A stretch of DNA of 64,000 bases, taken from assembly GCA_965220195.1 (NCBI GenBank), contig CBDCPK010000005.1:1347704-1411703 (forward strand), written 5' to 3'. The notes beneath the pieces are model-generated. The model was not told the DNA's origin. It saw only the letters and a list, made by a program, of their open reading frames with translations, and searched no databases. The stretch is from an uncultured Candidatus Binatia bacterium. GTDB taxonomy: Bacteria; Desulfobacterota; Binatia; Bin18. Every line of letters begins with the position of its first letter. The first letter of the stretch is position 1. This document shows, in pieces, positions 18,778-27,249 of this stretch. A program made the translations under genes and the position numbers.

Positions 18778-19572
18778 ATGGGACAACTGGAAAACAAAGT
18801 CGCTCTCGTTACCGGCTCCGGGCGGGGCCAGGGGCTTGTGGCTGCGCAACGCTTTGCCTCAGAAGGGGCGAAGATCGTGATTAACGACCTTGACGCGGAG
18901 TCTGTCGAGGCTGCGGTTGCCGCCGTCAAAAACGCCGGAGGCGAAGCGGTGGGGGCCGTCGGTGATGTGTCCAAGGCTGCGGACGTGCAAGCCGTTCTGC
19001 AAACCGCCCAGGACGCCTGCGGCGGGTTTGACATCCTGTATAACAACGCCGGGATCGGCTACTCGGCGACGCAACGCTTCGGCATTGCCATGAGCGATAT
19101 CGTCAACTGTACCGAGGATGACTGGCGGCGCATCATGGGCATTAATGTCGGTGGGATTTTCCTGTTTTGTAAATACGGGATTCCCCAGCTGATCGAACGC
19201 GGAGGCGGGGTCATTATCAACACCGCCTCCATTGCGGCTCTGCGCGGAGCTCAAGACGCCCACGCCTACACGGCCAGTAAGGGCGCGATTCTGGCCCTGA
19301 CCCGAGCGATTGCGGTCACCTATGGCCCCAAAGGCATCCGCGCCAACACGCTCTGCCCCGGCGTGATCGACACCGAAATGATTCACGACACCTTAATCAG
19401 CGAGAAGAATATCAGCGATCTCCTTGCTCGGAACACCCCGCTCCAGCGCAATGGCACGCCGGAAGACGTGGCCGACGTAGCGTTATTCCTGGCGAGCGAC
19501 CAGTCTCGTTTCGTGACCGGCGAGGCGTTTGCCGTCGATGGCGGAATTATCCAGCATATTGGATTGGCCTGA
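18778..19572 (+). CDS. SDR-family oxidoreductase
   Basis: It has TGSGRGQG (the Rossmann TGxxxGxG motif), NNAG and YxxxK (YTASK). Confidence 0.8.
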   Translation: MGQLENKVALVTGSGRGQGLVAAQRFASEGAKIVINDLDAESVEAAVAAVKNAGGEAVGAVGDVSKAADVQAVLQTAQDACGGFDILYNNAGIGYSATQRFGIAMSDIVNCTEDDWRRIMGINVGGIFLFCKYGIPQLIERGGGVIINTASIAALRGAQDAHAYTASKGAILALTRAIAVTYGPKGIRANTLCPGVIDTEMIHDTLISEKNISDLLARNTPLQRNGTPEDVADVALFLASDQSRFVTGEAFAVDGGIIQHIGLA

Positions 19573-19597
19573 GCAGACCGCTCAAAAAGGGGAGCCC

Positions 19598-20545
19598 ATG
19601 GATCAGGAACAACTCGTCAAGGTATTCACGAGCGCGGTACTAGCGCGACGCTTTGAGGCGAAAATCGTCGAGCTGGCTATGGCCGGCGAACTGCCTCCAT
19701 CGCTGCACGTTGGCGCCGGCCAGGAGGTGGCGCAGATCGCTGCTATCGAAGCCCTACGACCCGACGACTACATCTTGTACGGCCATCGTGGCGTAGCGTA
19801 TATGGTCGCCCGGGGCGTGAGTCTGGCCGACATGCTGGCCGATATGGCGGGCAAGGAGGGCGCGACCAGTCGTGGCAAGGGCGGGGTGATGCACGTCGTG
19901 GATGTGCCCAAAGGTATTCTGGGTGAGAGTGGGACCTTGGGTGGCAGCTTCGTGGTCTCGGTTGGAGTGGGCATGGCGCTCAAGCGCAAGCAGCCGGACA
20001 CAGTGGTAACGTATTTCTTTGGGGATGGGACGGCGAACCGGGGCCCGTTCCACGAGGCGCTCAACTGGGCTGCGGTTCAGAAACTGCCCTGCGTCTATTT
20101 TTGTGAGAATAACGGCTTCGCGATTTCCATGCCGACCAGCCGCTCGACCGCGGTCGAGAATATCGCGGACCGGGCCGCGGGTTATAACGTCCCTGGCGTG
20201 GTGGTTGACGGGAGTGATCCGGTGGCGGTGTACGAAGTCATGGAACAGGCTGCGGCGCGGGCGCGGGCCGGCCATGGTCCGACGCTGATTGAAGCCAAAG
20301 TGACGCGGCTGCAAGGGCATTATGTCGCCGACCAGCAGGAATACCGGACCGACCGCAACGCCGTGGCGGAAAAAGACCCTCTGCCGAAGCTGCAACAGAC
20401 CCTGTGCGACCGGGACATCCTGACGCAGGCCGACGTGGACGACATACAGGCCGACGCCGACCGGCAGATTGAAGCGGCCGTAGCAGCCATGCGCGCGGCT
20501 CCGTTGCTCGCACCGGAAGTCGCATTGCAGGACGTTTATGCGTAG
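19598..20545 (+). CDS. 2-oxoacid (pyruvate/acetoin) dehydrogenase E1 component, alpha subunit (TPP-binding)
   Basis: It has the TPP motif GDGTANRGPFHEALNWAA...NNGFAIS. An RBS (aaaaggggag) lies upstream, and the E1 beta and E2 genes follow. Confidence 0.85.
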   Translation: MDQEQLVKVFTSAVLARRFEAKIVELAMAGELPPSLHVGAGQEVAQIAAIEALRPDDYILYGHRGVAYMVARGVSLADMLADMAGKEGATSRGKGGVMHVVDVPKGILGESGTLGGSFVVSVGVGMALKRKQPDTVVTYFFGDGTANRGPFHEALNWAAVQKLPCVYFCENNGFAISMPTSRSTAVENIADRAAGYNVPGVVVDGSDPVAVYEVMEQAAARARAGHGPTLIEAKVTRLQGHYVADQQEYRTDRNAVAEKDPLPKLQQTLCDRDILTQADVDDIQADADRQIEAAVAAMRAAPLLAPEVALQDVYA

Positions 20546-20580
20546 GAAGGGAATTGGGGATTAGGGGCTGGGGGTTGGGG
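20545..20580 (+). repeat. G-tract repeat (ggaagggaattggggattaggggctgggggttgggg), a potential G-quadruplex former
   Basis: Four or more runs of G3-5 are separated by 2-4 nt loops. It lies in the E1alpha-4HB intergenic region. Its inverted partner is at 20962-20991. Confidence 0.7.
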
Positions 20581-20588
20581 AGGAAGGT

Positions 20589-21023
20589 ATGGAGAAGAAC
20601 TCGAAGATCAGCGGTTTTCGTGATCTCCGGGTATGGCAGGGAGGAATGGACTTGGTGGAACAAATCTATCGGTTGACACGGGAGTTCCCCAAACATGAGA
20701 TGTATGGCTTGGCGAGCCAAATGCAGTGGGCCGCTGTTTCGGTTCCCTCAAATATCGCGGAAGGTCATACGCGTGATTCGCGGAAAGAATACCTCCGTCA
20801 TCTCTCGGTCGCTCGGGCATCTTTGGCTGAACTGCAGACACAACTGGAGATCGCTAAACGTCTCCAGTACTGCTCCTCTGAAGGCTACGCTCGTCTCCTT
20901 GACCAGTCTGACCTATTAGCCAGGCAACTCTCGGCATTACGAACTACCCTGCTCAAAGGAGCCAACCCCCAATCCCCAATCCCTAACCCCCTCAGGAGTG
21001 TTTATGCCAACACGGACCTATAG
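20589..21023 (+). CDS. Four-helix-bundle protein (TIGR02436-like)
   Basis: MEKNSKISGFRDLRVWQ...AVSVPSNIAEGHTRDSRKEYLRHLSVARASLAELQTQLEIA is a textbook member of the 4HB family. Confidence 0.8.
   Translation: MEKNSKISGFRDLRVWQGGMDLVEQIYRLTREFPKHEMYGLASQMQWAAVSVPSNIAEGHTRDSRKEYLRHLSVARASLAELQTQLEIAKRLQYCSSEGYARLLDQSDLLARQLSALRTTLLKGANPQSPIPNPLRSVYANTDL
20962..20991 (+). repeat. C-tract repeat (ccaacccccaatccccaatccctaaccccc), the inverted partner of the 20545-20580 G-tract
   Basis: Its reverse complement is gggggttagggattggggattgggggttgg, which is similar to the upstream copy. It encodes NPQSPIPNP at the 4HB C-terminus. Confidence 0.7.
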
Positions 21024-21975
21024 TCAGGCGATTAATGATGCGCTTGCCGAAGAAATGCGGCGCGATGAAAACGTGATTCTGTACGGTCAGGACGTTGCGG
21101 TCTGGGGTGGGATTTTCAAAGTCACCGACGGGCTGCTTGAAAAGTTCGGTCCGGATCGCGTGTTCGATACGCCGATCTCCGAGAGTGTGATGGTCGGCGC
21201 CGGTGTGGGCGCGGCCTCGATGGGCCTGCGGCCGGTGGTGGAACTCCAGTTTGCCGACTTCGTCATCACCGCGGGTGATGAAATTTTCTTTAAGGCCGGT
21301 ATGTGGCGCTATATGCACGGTGGGGCGCATACGATTCCGCTGGTGGTGCGCGCTCCCTCGGGCGGCTCGGGCTTTGGACCCGAGCATTCAGCCTGTCCCG
21401 AAGCCTTTATCATGCACGCGCCCGGCCTGCTGTGCGCCGTGCCCTCAACGCCGGCAGACGCCAAGGCTCTGCTCAAGCAGGCGATTCGACTGGATAACCC
21501 GGTCATCTATTTTGAGCATAAACTACTGTATCAAATGCGGGGCGAGGTACCGGACGGAGAGGTGCTGACTCCCTTTGGCAAAGCAGTCGTCCGACGCGAG
21601 GGCGAGGCCGTGACGATTGTGGCCTGGCAGGACATGTTGCGCCGTTCGCTCGCAGCCGCGGAGCGACTGAGCCAGGAAGGCATCGAGGTAGAGATCGTCG
21701 ATCCGCGTACCCTGAATCCGTTTGACCGCGAAACCATTATCGAGTCGGTCAAAAAGACCGGAGCCTGTATTGTGGTGGAAGAGGCCTATCGTACACTTGG
21801 GGTTGGGGCGGAGATCGGGGCGCTGCTCCTGGAAGAGGTCCTCCCCTATCTGGACAAACCCTTCAAGCGCTTGGCTATTCCCGATGTGCCGATTCCGACC
21901 AGCCAGCATCTGGTCGATGCTATCGTTCCTTCGGCAGACGATATTTATCGGGCGGTCAAAGAACTCGCTGACTGA
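21004..21975 (+). CDS. 2-oxoacid dehydrogenase E1 component, beta subunit (transketolase-like)
   Basis: MPTRTYSQAINDALAEEM...VILYGQDV...LQFADF is the E1-beta pyrimidine-binding domain. An RBS (aggag) lies 5 nt before ATG 21004. Confidence 0.85.
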   Translation: MPTRTYSQAINDALAEEMRRDENVILYGQDVAVWGGIFKVTDGLLEKFGPDRVFDTPISESVMVGAGVGAASMGLRPVVELQFADFVITAGDEIFFKAGMWRYMHGGAHTIPLVVRAPSGGSGFGPEHSACPEAFIMHAPGLLCAVPSTPADAKALLKQAIRLDNPVIYFEHKLLYQMRGEVPDGEVLTPFGKAVVRREGEAVTIVAWQDMLRRSLAAAERLSQEGIEVEIVDPRTLNPFDRETIIESVKKTGACIVVEEAYRTLGVGAEIGALLLEEVLPYLDKPFKRLAIPDVPIPTSQHLVDAIVPSADDIYRAVKELAD

Positions 21976-22003
21976 GGCTGGTGTGCGAAATACCAAAGTC
22001 GTG

Positions 22004-23650
22004 ATGCCCAAACTCGGCCAGGCCATGACCGAGGGAGTGGTCGTGCGATGGCATCGCAAAAACGGCGGGCGCGTCACTGCCGGCGAGCTGCTCGTCACGG
22101 TGGAGACGGACAAGGCCACATATGATCTTGAGGCAACCGCGAGTGGGACGCTCCACATTGTGGTTCAAGAAGGCGAAGAGGTCCCGATTCATACCGTCAT
22201 TGGCGAGATTGGTGACGCGCCAGTCCAGGCGGATACCACCACCGCTCTGCCACCTGCCGAACCGGTCGTCCAACAGCGAATAGCGTCACGCCCAAGGCGC
22301 GTCCTCGCCTCACCTAAAGCTAAACGACTGGCCGCTGAACGCGGCATTGATCTTTCAACCCTGACGCCGTCATCTGCGGATGGGGTGATTTCCGCGGCTG
22401 ATGTAGAGCAGGCCGCGGAGAACGCAGTTGCCCAGCAGCAGTCTGCGACGGCCACTCGACCTGGTTCCGCTCCAACCCGGACCGAGCGCGAACGCCGCCC
22501 TCTGACCGGCATTCGGAAGGCCTCCGCCCGCCGGGTCCAGGCCGCCTGGCAGACCATTCCGCATATCGTCCAGATGATCGAGGTCGATGCCGGCGCGCTG
22601 CAAACGGTCCGGGAACGACTCAAAGCGGATATCTCCGGGCTGACGCTCAACGACCTGATTTTACACGCGGCGGCGCGGGTGCTGGCCGGACTGCCCGACC
22701 TCAACGCGACGGTCGAAAACGAAGAGCTTATTCTCTATGACGGGGTTGATATCGGCTTTGCCGTTGACTCGCCGCGCGGTCTGCTGGTCCCGGTTATCCG
22801 CGGGGCGGACGGTCTGTCTATAGCACAGCTTGCGAAGGACAGGCAGCGACTGGTTGAAGTCGCTCGGGCGGGGCAGTTGCAGCCGGCCGATATGGGTCAG
22901 GCCAGCCTGACCGTCTCGAACCTTGGCATGTTCGGCATCCGGGCCGGCACCCCGGTCATCAATCTGGGTGAACCCATCCTCGTCTTTGTGGGCGCGGTTG
23001 AAGAGCGGCCGGTCGTGCGGAATGGGCAGATTATCGCCCGTCCCATGCTGACGCTCAGCATTGCTTATGACCACCGGGTAGCGGACGGGGTAGCGGCATC
23101 CCGTTTGAGTCAGGGTCTGAAAGAGGCGCTGGAAAATCTAGGATCAGAATCCTTCTCGGAAGTCTCCAACTCCCAACCCCTAACCCCCAACCCCCAAGAA
23201 GCCCTGGACAAACGGGAAGTCCGCTCAATGTCTGCTGGCGAGCGATATGCCGTTCGGGTGCGGAGCCACGCCCATGTCTGGAGCCTTGACGAGCCGGCGA
23301 GCGACGGCGGAGAGGATACCGGCCCGGACCCGGTAACCGCTTTTCTCGGCGCTCTTCTCTCCTGCATGACGATTGCCTTCAAAGCGGCTGCCCGGCGTCG
23401 CAAGATTTCAATTGAACGGATTGAGGGACGTGCCAAAGCATCGCTGAAGGGCCAGGTGAAAGACATAACTTTAACCCTGGCTGTGTGGAGTTCGGCTTCG
23501 GAGCAAGATGCGCAGATTCTCCTCGAACGGGCCAAGCGCGGCTGTTATGTAAGCGGAATGCTGAGGCCGGATATCCACCTTACGGTGGAGTTGGTCAGGC
23601 ACGCGCCGGACGCCGCCTCTTCCCCTCGCCCCCTTGGGGGAGAGGGCTAG
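22004..23650 (+). CDS. Dihydrolipoamide acyltransferase (E2: lipoyl, peripheral subunit-binding and catalytic domains) fused in frame to a C-terminal OsmC/Ohr-like domain
   Basis: The lipoyl domain is ...VTVETDKATYDLEA. The peripheral subunit-binding domain is SPKAKRLAAERGIDLSTL. The catalytic domain ends at ...YDHRVADG...LENL. The frame then continues through a Pro/Asn linker (SNSQPLTPNPQEA, encoded by a C-tract repeat). It runs on into an OsmC-like domain (DPVTAFLGALLSCMTIAFKAAARRRKI...ERAKRGCYVSGML). Confidence 0.7.
   Translation: MPKLGQAMTEGVVVRWHRKNGGRVTAGELLVTVETDKATYDLEATASGTLHIVVQEGEEVPIHTVIGEIGDAPVQADTTTALPPAEPVVQQRIASRPRRVLASPKAKRLAAERGIDLSTLTPSSADGVISAADVEQAAENAVAQQQSATATRPGSAPTRTERERRPLTGIRKASARRVQAAWQTIPHIVQMIEVDAGALQTVRERLKADISGLTLNDLILHAAARVLAGLPDLNATVENEELILYDGVDIGFAVDSPRGLLVPVIRGADGLSIAQLAKDRQRLVEVARAGQLQPADMGQASLTVSNLGMFGIRAGTPVINLGEPILVFVGAVEERPVVRNGQIIARPMLTLSIAYDHRVADGVAASRLSQGLKEALENLGSESFSEVSNSQPLTPNPQEALDKREVRSMSAGERYAVRVRSHAHVWSLDEPASDGGEDTGPDPVTAFLGALLSCMTIAFKAAARRRKISIERIEGRAKASLKGQVKDITLTLAVWSSASEQDAQILLERAKRGCYVSGMLRPDIHLTVELVRHAPDAASSPRPLGGEG
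23172..23196 (+). repeat. C-tract repeat (cccaacccctaacccccaacccccaa)
   Basis: It belongs to the same CCCCAA/CCCTAA family as 20962-20991 and lies in the E2-OsmC linker. A G-tract partner (gggggagagggctagggtgaggggg) lies at 23636-23660 and spans the stop codon. Confidence 0.65.
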
Positions 23651-23696
23651 GGTGAGGGGGTCTCGGTAGCAACGCTATTGAATAACCCGGACCTGC

Positions 23697-24632
23697 CTAT
23701 TCATGCAGAGCGGTCTTCAGCGCCGCGGCCGCCTTTTCCAATGCCTGCCCGGCCGGCTCAACGACCTTGGCCATACCCATAAAGCCGTGGATGAGCCCCT
23801 CAAAACAAACGTATTCAACCGCTACGCCTGCCTCACGCAGCCTGGCCGCGTACGCGGCTCCCTCGTCCCGCAGGGGATCGTATTCTGCGGTGGCAATAAA
23901 GGCCGGCGGCAGGGAGCGGCATTGATCGGTCGAGGCGTACAGGGGGGAGGCCAGCGGGTTGTGTCCATCCGCTTCGCTGGCGAGATAATGGTCCCAGAAC
24001 CACCCCATCATCTCGGTTGTCAGAAAATAGCCGTCCGCATTTTCGGTGTGCGACGGCAGGTCAACCGCGTGCGCCGTGACCGGGTATAGGAGGAGTTGAT
24101 AGGCGAGAGCCGGCAGGCCGCTCTCTTGCGCCTTGAGGGTCACTGCGGCTGCCAGGTTGGCACCGGCACTTTCACCGCCCACAGCCAGTCGAGAGACATC
24201 CCCGTTCAGGGCGGCCGCGTTGAACGCGACCCACCGCGTCGCGGCGTAGCAGTCATTGACCGCTGCCGGAAATTTGTCTTCTGGCGCGAGCCGGTAGTCT
24301 GCGGAGACCACCACGCAGTTAGCAAGATTAGTCAAGGCACGACAGGATGCATCCACCGTGTTCAGACTGCCAACCACCCAGCCACCCCCGTGAAAATAGA
24401 CCAATATGGGAAACGGGCCGTCTCCGGCCGGGGTGTAAATACGGATCGGCTGTTTGCCGGCCACGCCGGGTATCAGCCGGTCTTCGACCGTGCCGACCGG
24501 CTCGGGGTCAGCCGTTACGCCTCGCGCGGCTTCCATGGCGGTCCGCGCTTCCTGGGGCGAAAGATGATGTAGGGGTGGACCGGCGGCGGCCATTTGTTCG
24601 AGGGCTTTTGCGACCTGGGGATGGAGTGGCAT
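23697..24632 (-). CDS. Alpha/beta hydrolase (HSL-family esterase/lipase)
   Basis: It has the oxyanion-hole HGGGW motif (VYFHGGGWVVGS) and the nucleophile motif GESAGANL (GxSxG). Confidence 0.8.
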   Translation of the reverse strand: MPLHPQVAKALEQMAAAGPPLHHLSPQEARTAMEAARGVTADPEPVGTVEDRLIPGVAGKQPIRIYTPAGDGPFPILVYFHGGGWVVGSLNTVDASCRALTNLANCVVVSADYRLAPEDKFPAAVNDCYAATRWVAFNAAALNGDVSRLAVGGESAGANLAAAVTLKAQESGLPALAYQLLLYPVTAHAVDLPSHTENADGYFLTTEMMGWFWDHYLASEADGHNPLASPLYASTDQCRSLPPAFIATAEYDPLRDEGAAYAARLREAGVAVEYVCFEGLIHGFMGMAKVVEPAGQALEKAAAALKTALHE

Positions 24633-24644
24633 GGTGTTTTCCTT

Positions 24645-25442
24645 TTAGACGAGTGCACATGAGGTCAGAAAATTTTGGATAAGCCGGACGCATTCGATTG
24701 GCTTTTCCAGTGGCGGGCAATTACCGCATTGCGGAATGATTTCTACGCGGGCGTTGGGCAGAGCGTGCTGATACAAGGCACTGCATTCCAGCGGCACGAT
24801 CCGGTCGTCCTGTCCCCAGATAATAAGGGTTGGCAGATGCACTCGGCCTAACAGCCCAGGCAGGCTGGGGCTGAACATATACGGCTTCCAACAGTAGCGG
24901 ACGAGAGTTTCCTGGTTGCGCGTTTGTATGTCGCGCTCCTCTTTGGACGGCTTGCGCTGGAACAGTTCGGCATACTCGGCAACCTGCTGTGGGTCGAAAT
25001 ACGCCAGTTGTCTGGTGCCCTCCTGTCCGTGCAGAAAGACATCGGTAATTTCGCCGTCCCTCGGCTGGATACCGGCCGCGTCAATCAGAATGAGATGATC
25101 GAATGTCCTGGGCGACATAACCGCCATTTCTGCTGCCAGCCAGCCGCCGATGAAGTGACCCGCCAGGGTAACCTGAGATAGCTCCAGCGCATCCAATAGC
25201 CACAGACTGAAGCGCGTCAGGTCCGTAAAGGATTCGAGCCAGGGGGGACGTTCGGACTGCCCAAAGCCCGGATAGGTTGGCGCATAGACAGTAAAGGACT
25301 CGGCCAACTGTTCGTGATATTGCCGCCAGCCCAGACTGCCTTCCGCGCCGTGCAGCATGACGAGCGGCTTGCCCCGGCCGCCTTTCAGATAATGAATTGT
25401 GGCGCCGCCGACTTCGATAGTATGTTCTGCATGTTCTGGCAT
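24645..25442 (-). CDS. Alpha/beta hydrolase-fold protein whose nucleophile-elbow Ser is replaced by Phe (a likely pseudo-enzyme or recently inactivated gene)
   Basis: It has the MhpC/BphD-like fold (LVMLHGAEGS...). The nucleophile elbow reads GHFIGG and is encoded by GGT CAC TTC ATC GGC GGC. The expected GHSxGG would need TCC at the third codon. Confidence 0.65.
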   Translation of the reverse strand: MPEHAEHTIEVGGATIHYLKGGRGKPLVMLHGAEGSLGWRQYHEQLAESFTVYAPTYPGFGQSERPPWLESFTDLTRFSLWLLDALELSQVTLAGHFIGGWLAAEMAVMSPRTFDHLILIDAAGIQPRDGEITDVFLHGQEGTRQLAYFDPQQVAEYAELFQRKPSKEERDIQTRNQETLVRYCWKPYMFSPSLPGLLGRVHLPTLIIWGQDDRIVPLECSALYQHALPNARVEIIPQCGNCPPLEKPIECVRLIQNFLTSCALV

Positions 25443-25471
25443 GGTTGTTGTCTCTGTTCCATGGAGATTGT

Positions 25472-26692
25472 TTATGGAGCGCGTTCAAAGGGTCCGGGCA
25501 GTCCCAGCTCTCTTCCCATTTCCCGAACTGCCGGGAGCACGTCATGCTCCATGAGGGCTAAACAGCGCATCGTGTCTTCATGTCCGATGGTGCCGTCATT
25601 CGTCCAGACGCCAAGAATGCCGGGGCGGACAACGCTGAGGACTTCGCGTAATTTCCTGACTACCGTGTCCGGGTTGCCCACAATAACCCGGTTGCTTTCT
25701 ACGACCTTTTCCCAGCCCGCGGAATCAACGCCGCCGTAGAGGGGGTCAGGCCGGAGTGAATAGCGCCGGTACTGGTCGACAATGCGCTTGGCCCCTTCGC
25801 GTGAGTTATAGCCCGGCGGGGCCATGAAGTCGCCCGGCAGCGGCACGCGACCGACACCGGCGTTTCCGATCAGAAAACCTTTACCGACCTCATACGCTTT
25901 TTCGTCTGTGTCCTGGACATGGACGCGGACGAGATAGCCAAAGTTTTGCGGACCCGGCTCATAGCCCACCCGCTTGGCGGCCTCGGTATAAATTGCGGTC
26001 AGGTCCAGGGTCACCTGGGGATCGGTTTCTAAATAAATGTAGGGATAGTGGTGCTGGGCACACCAGATCAGCGTCTCCGGGCTGCCGATACCGGGAATCC
26101 AAACGGGAGGATGCGGCTGTTGGAGCGGTCGTTCAAACGGGTTGACGACCCGGAACTGATAATGCTTACCCTCCCAGCGCCACGGCCCTGGGGTGGTCCA
26201 GGTTTTGATAATCAAGTCGTGCGCTTCTTCAAAACGCTCGCGGTTATACACCGGGTTGGTGTTCGTTGCCCAGCTCTCAATACCCGTTCCCCGTACAAAG
26301 CCCGATACGAGTCGGCCCCGCGAGATCATATCGATCTCCGCCAGCTCCTCGGCCAGTCGTAGCGGGTTATCGAAAATCGGGAGCGGATTGCCCAGCAGGA
26401 CGATTTTCGCCCGCTTGGTAGTGCGGGCCAGGATGGCGGCTTCGAGATTCATGGCCGCCCCCATACACGTCGGGGTATTATGATGCTCATTCAGCATCAG
26501 ACCGTCGAAGCCAACCTCTTCTGAATACTCGTACTCGTCAAGGTAGGTATTATACAGGTCCGCTCCCAGGCTTGGATTGAAATGGGCATTCGGAAACGTC
26601 AGGCGGACCGCGCTGCGGAAACTCTGGCGCACATCTTCTTCCGAGTAGTCTACATAGGCCCGTTCTGTAAAACGCATGAGAAACATACCCAT
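25472..26692 (-). CDS. LLM-class flavin-dependent oxidoreductase (luciferase-like monooxygenase)
   Basis: It has the TIM-barrel LLM signature (...GFDGLMLNEHH...). The start is assigned to ATG 26692 (MGMFLMRF), which lies after the RBS aaaggagggg. Confidence 0.75.
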   Translation of the reverse strand: MGMFLMRFTERAYVDYSEEDVRQSFRSAVRLTFPNAHFNPSLGADLYNTYLDEYEYSEEVGFDGLMLNEHHNTPTCMGAAMNLEAAILARTTKRAKIVLLGNPLPIFDNPLRLAEELAEIDMISRGRLVSGFVRGTGIESWATNTNPVYNRERFEEAHDLIIKTWTTPGPWRWEGKHYQFRVVNPFERPLQQPHPPVWIPGIGSPETLIWCAQHHYPYIYLETDPQVTLDLTAIYTEAAKRVGYEPGPQNFGYLVRVHVQDTDEKAYEVGKGFLIGNAGVGRVPLPGDFMAPPGYNSREGAKRIVDQYRRYSLRPDPLYGGVDSAGWEKVVESNRVIVGNPDTVVRKLREVLSVVRPGILGVWTNDGTIGHEDTMRCLALMEHDVLPAVREMGRELGLPGPFERAP

Positions 26693-26813
26693 GCCCCTCC
26701 TTTCTTTCCCGGACACTATCCTGTCTGGTATCACCGGATCAAGAGAAAGGGGCGGACGCAGCTTGACTCCTGTCAGCAGGCCGCATACGGATAGCTGGAG
26801 AGGAGGGCTGAGT

Positions 26814-27233
26814 ATGGCAAAGACCTACGCCAAGAACACGATTTCGTATGAATCCGCAGCGGCAATGGTGGCCGCTGCTGTCGCCAAGGCAGAAGAGTTG
26901 GGTTGCAAACAGAACGTGGCGGTTGTTGATGATGGCGGCAACCTCAAGGCGTTTGGCCGCATGGACGGCGCCCCGCTACTCGGGGTGGAAGGCTGTCAAC
27001 GCAAGGCGTTTACCGCCCTGTTTGGGGTGGGAACACAAGACCTCTACAGCGCCATCAAAGATGACCAATCCCTGGTCGTCGGCTTGTCGCATTTTTCTCG
27101 GGCGACCATGGTCGGGGGTGGACTGCCCATTGTCGTTGATGGGGAGGTCATCGGCGGGATCGGCGTTGGCGGCGGCACGGTCGATGAAGACGTGGCCTGC
27201 TCGCAGGCCGGGCTCGACGCGCTTGGCGGCTAG
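26814..27233 (+). CDS. GlcG/HbpS-like (DUF336) heme-binding protein
   Basis: It is 139 aa. ...AAAMVAAAVAKAEELGCKQNVAVVDDGGNLKAFGRMDGAP...GGGLPI is typical of GlcG. An RBS (ggagaggaggg) lies upstream. Confidence 0.7.
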   Translation: MAKTYAKNTISYESAAAMVAAAVAKAEELGCKQNVAVVDDGGNLKAFGRMDGAPLLGVEGCQRKAFTALFGVGTQDLYSAIKDDQSLVVGLSHFSRATMVGGGLPIVVDGEVIGGIGVGGGTVDEDVACSQAGLDALGG

Positions 27234-27249
27234 CTTGTAGAGAGATTGA

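Noticed and set aside
21722-22003. Upstream extension of the E2 ORF (MTAKPLSSRSKRPEP…)
   Set aside because: This stretch overlaps the E1-beta C-terminus in another frame. The lipoyl domain starts at MPKLGQAM (ATG 22004), directly after the E1-beta stop.
22189-23535. Minus-strand ORFs of 137-171 aa inside the E2 gene
   Set aside because: They are antisense to a strongly supported E2 frame.
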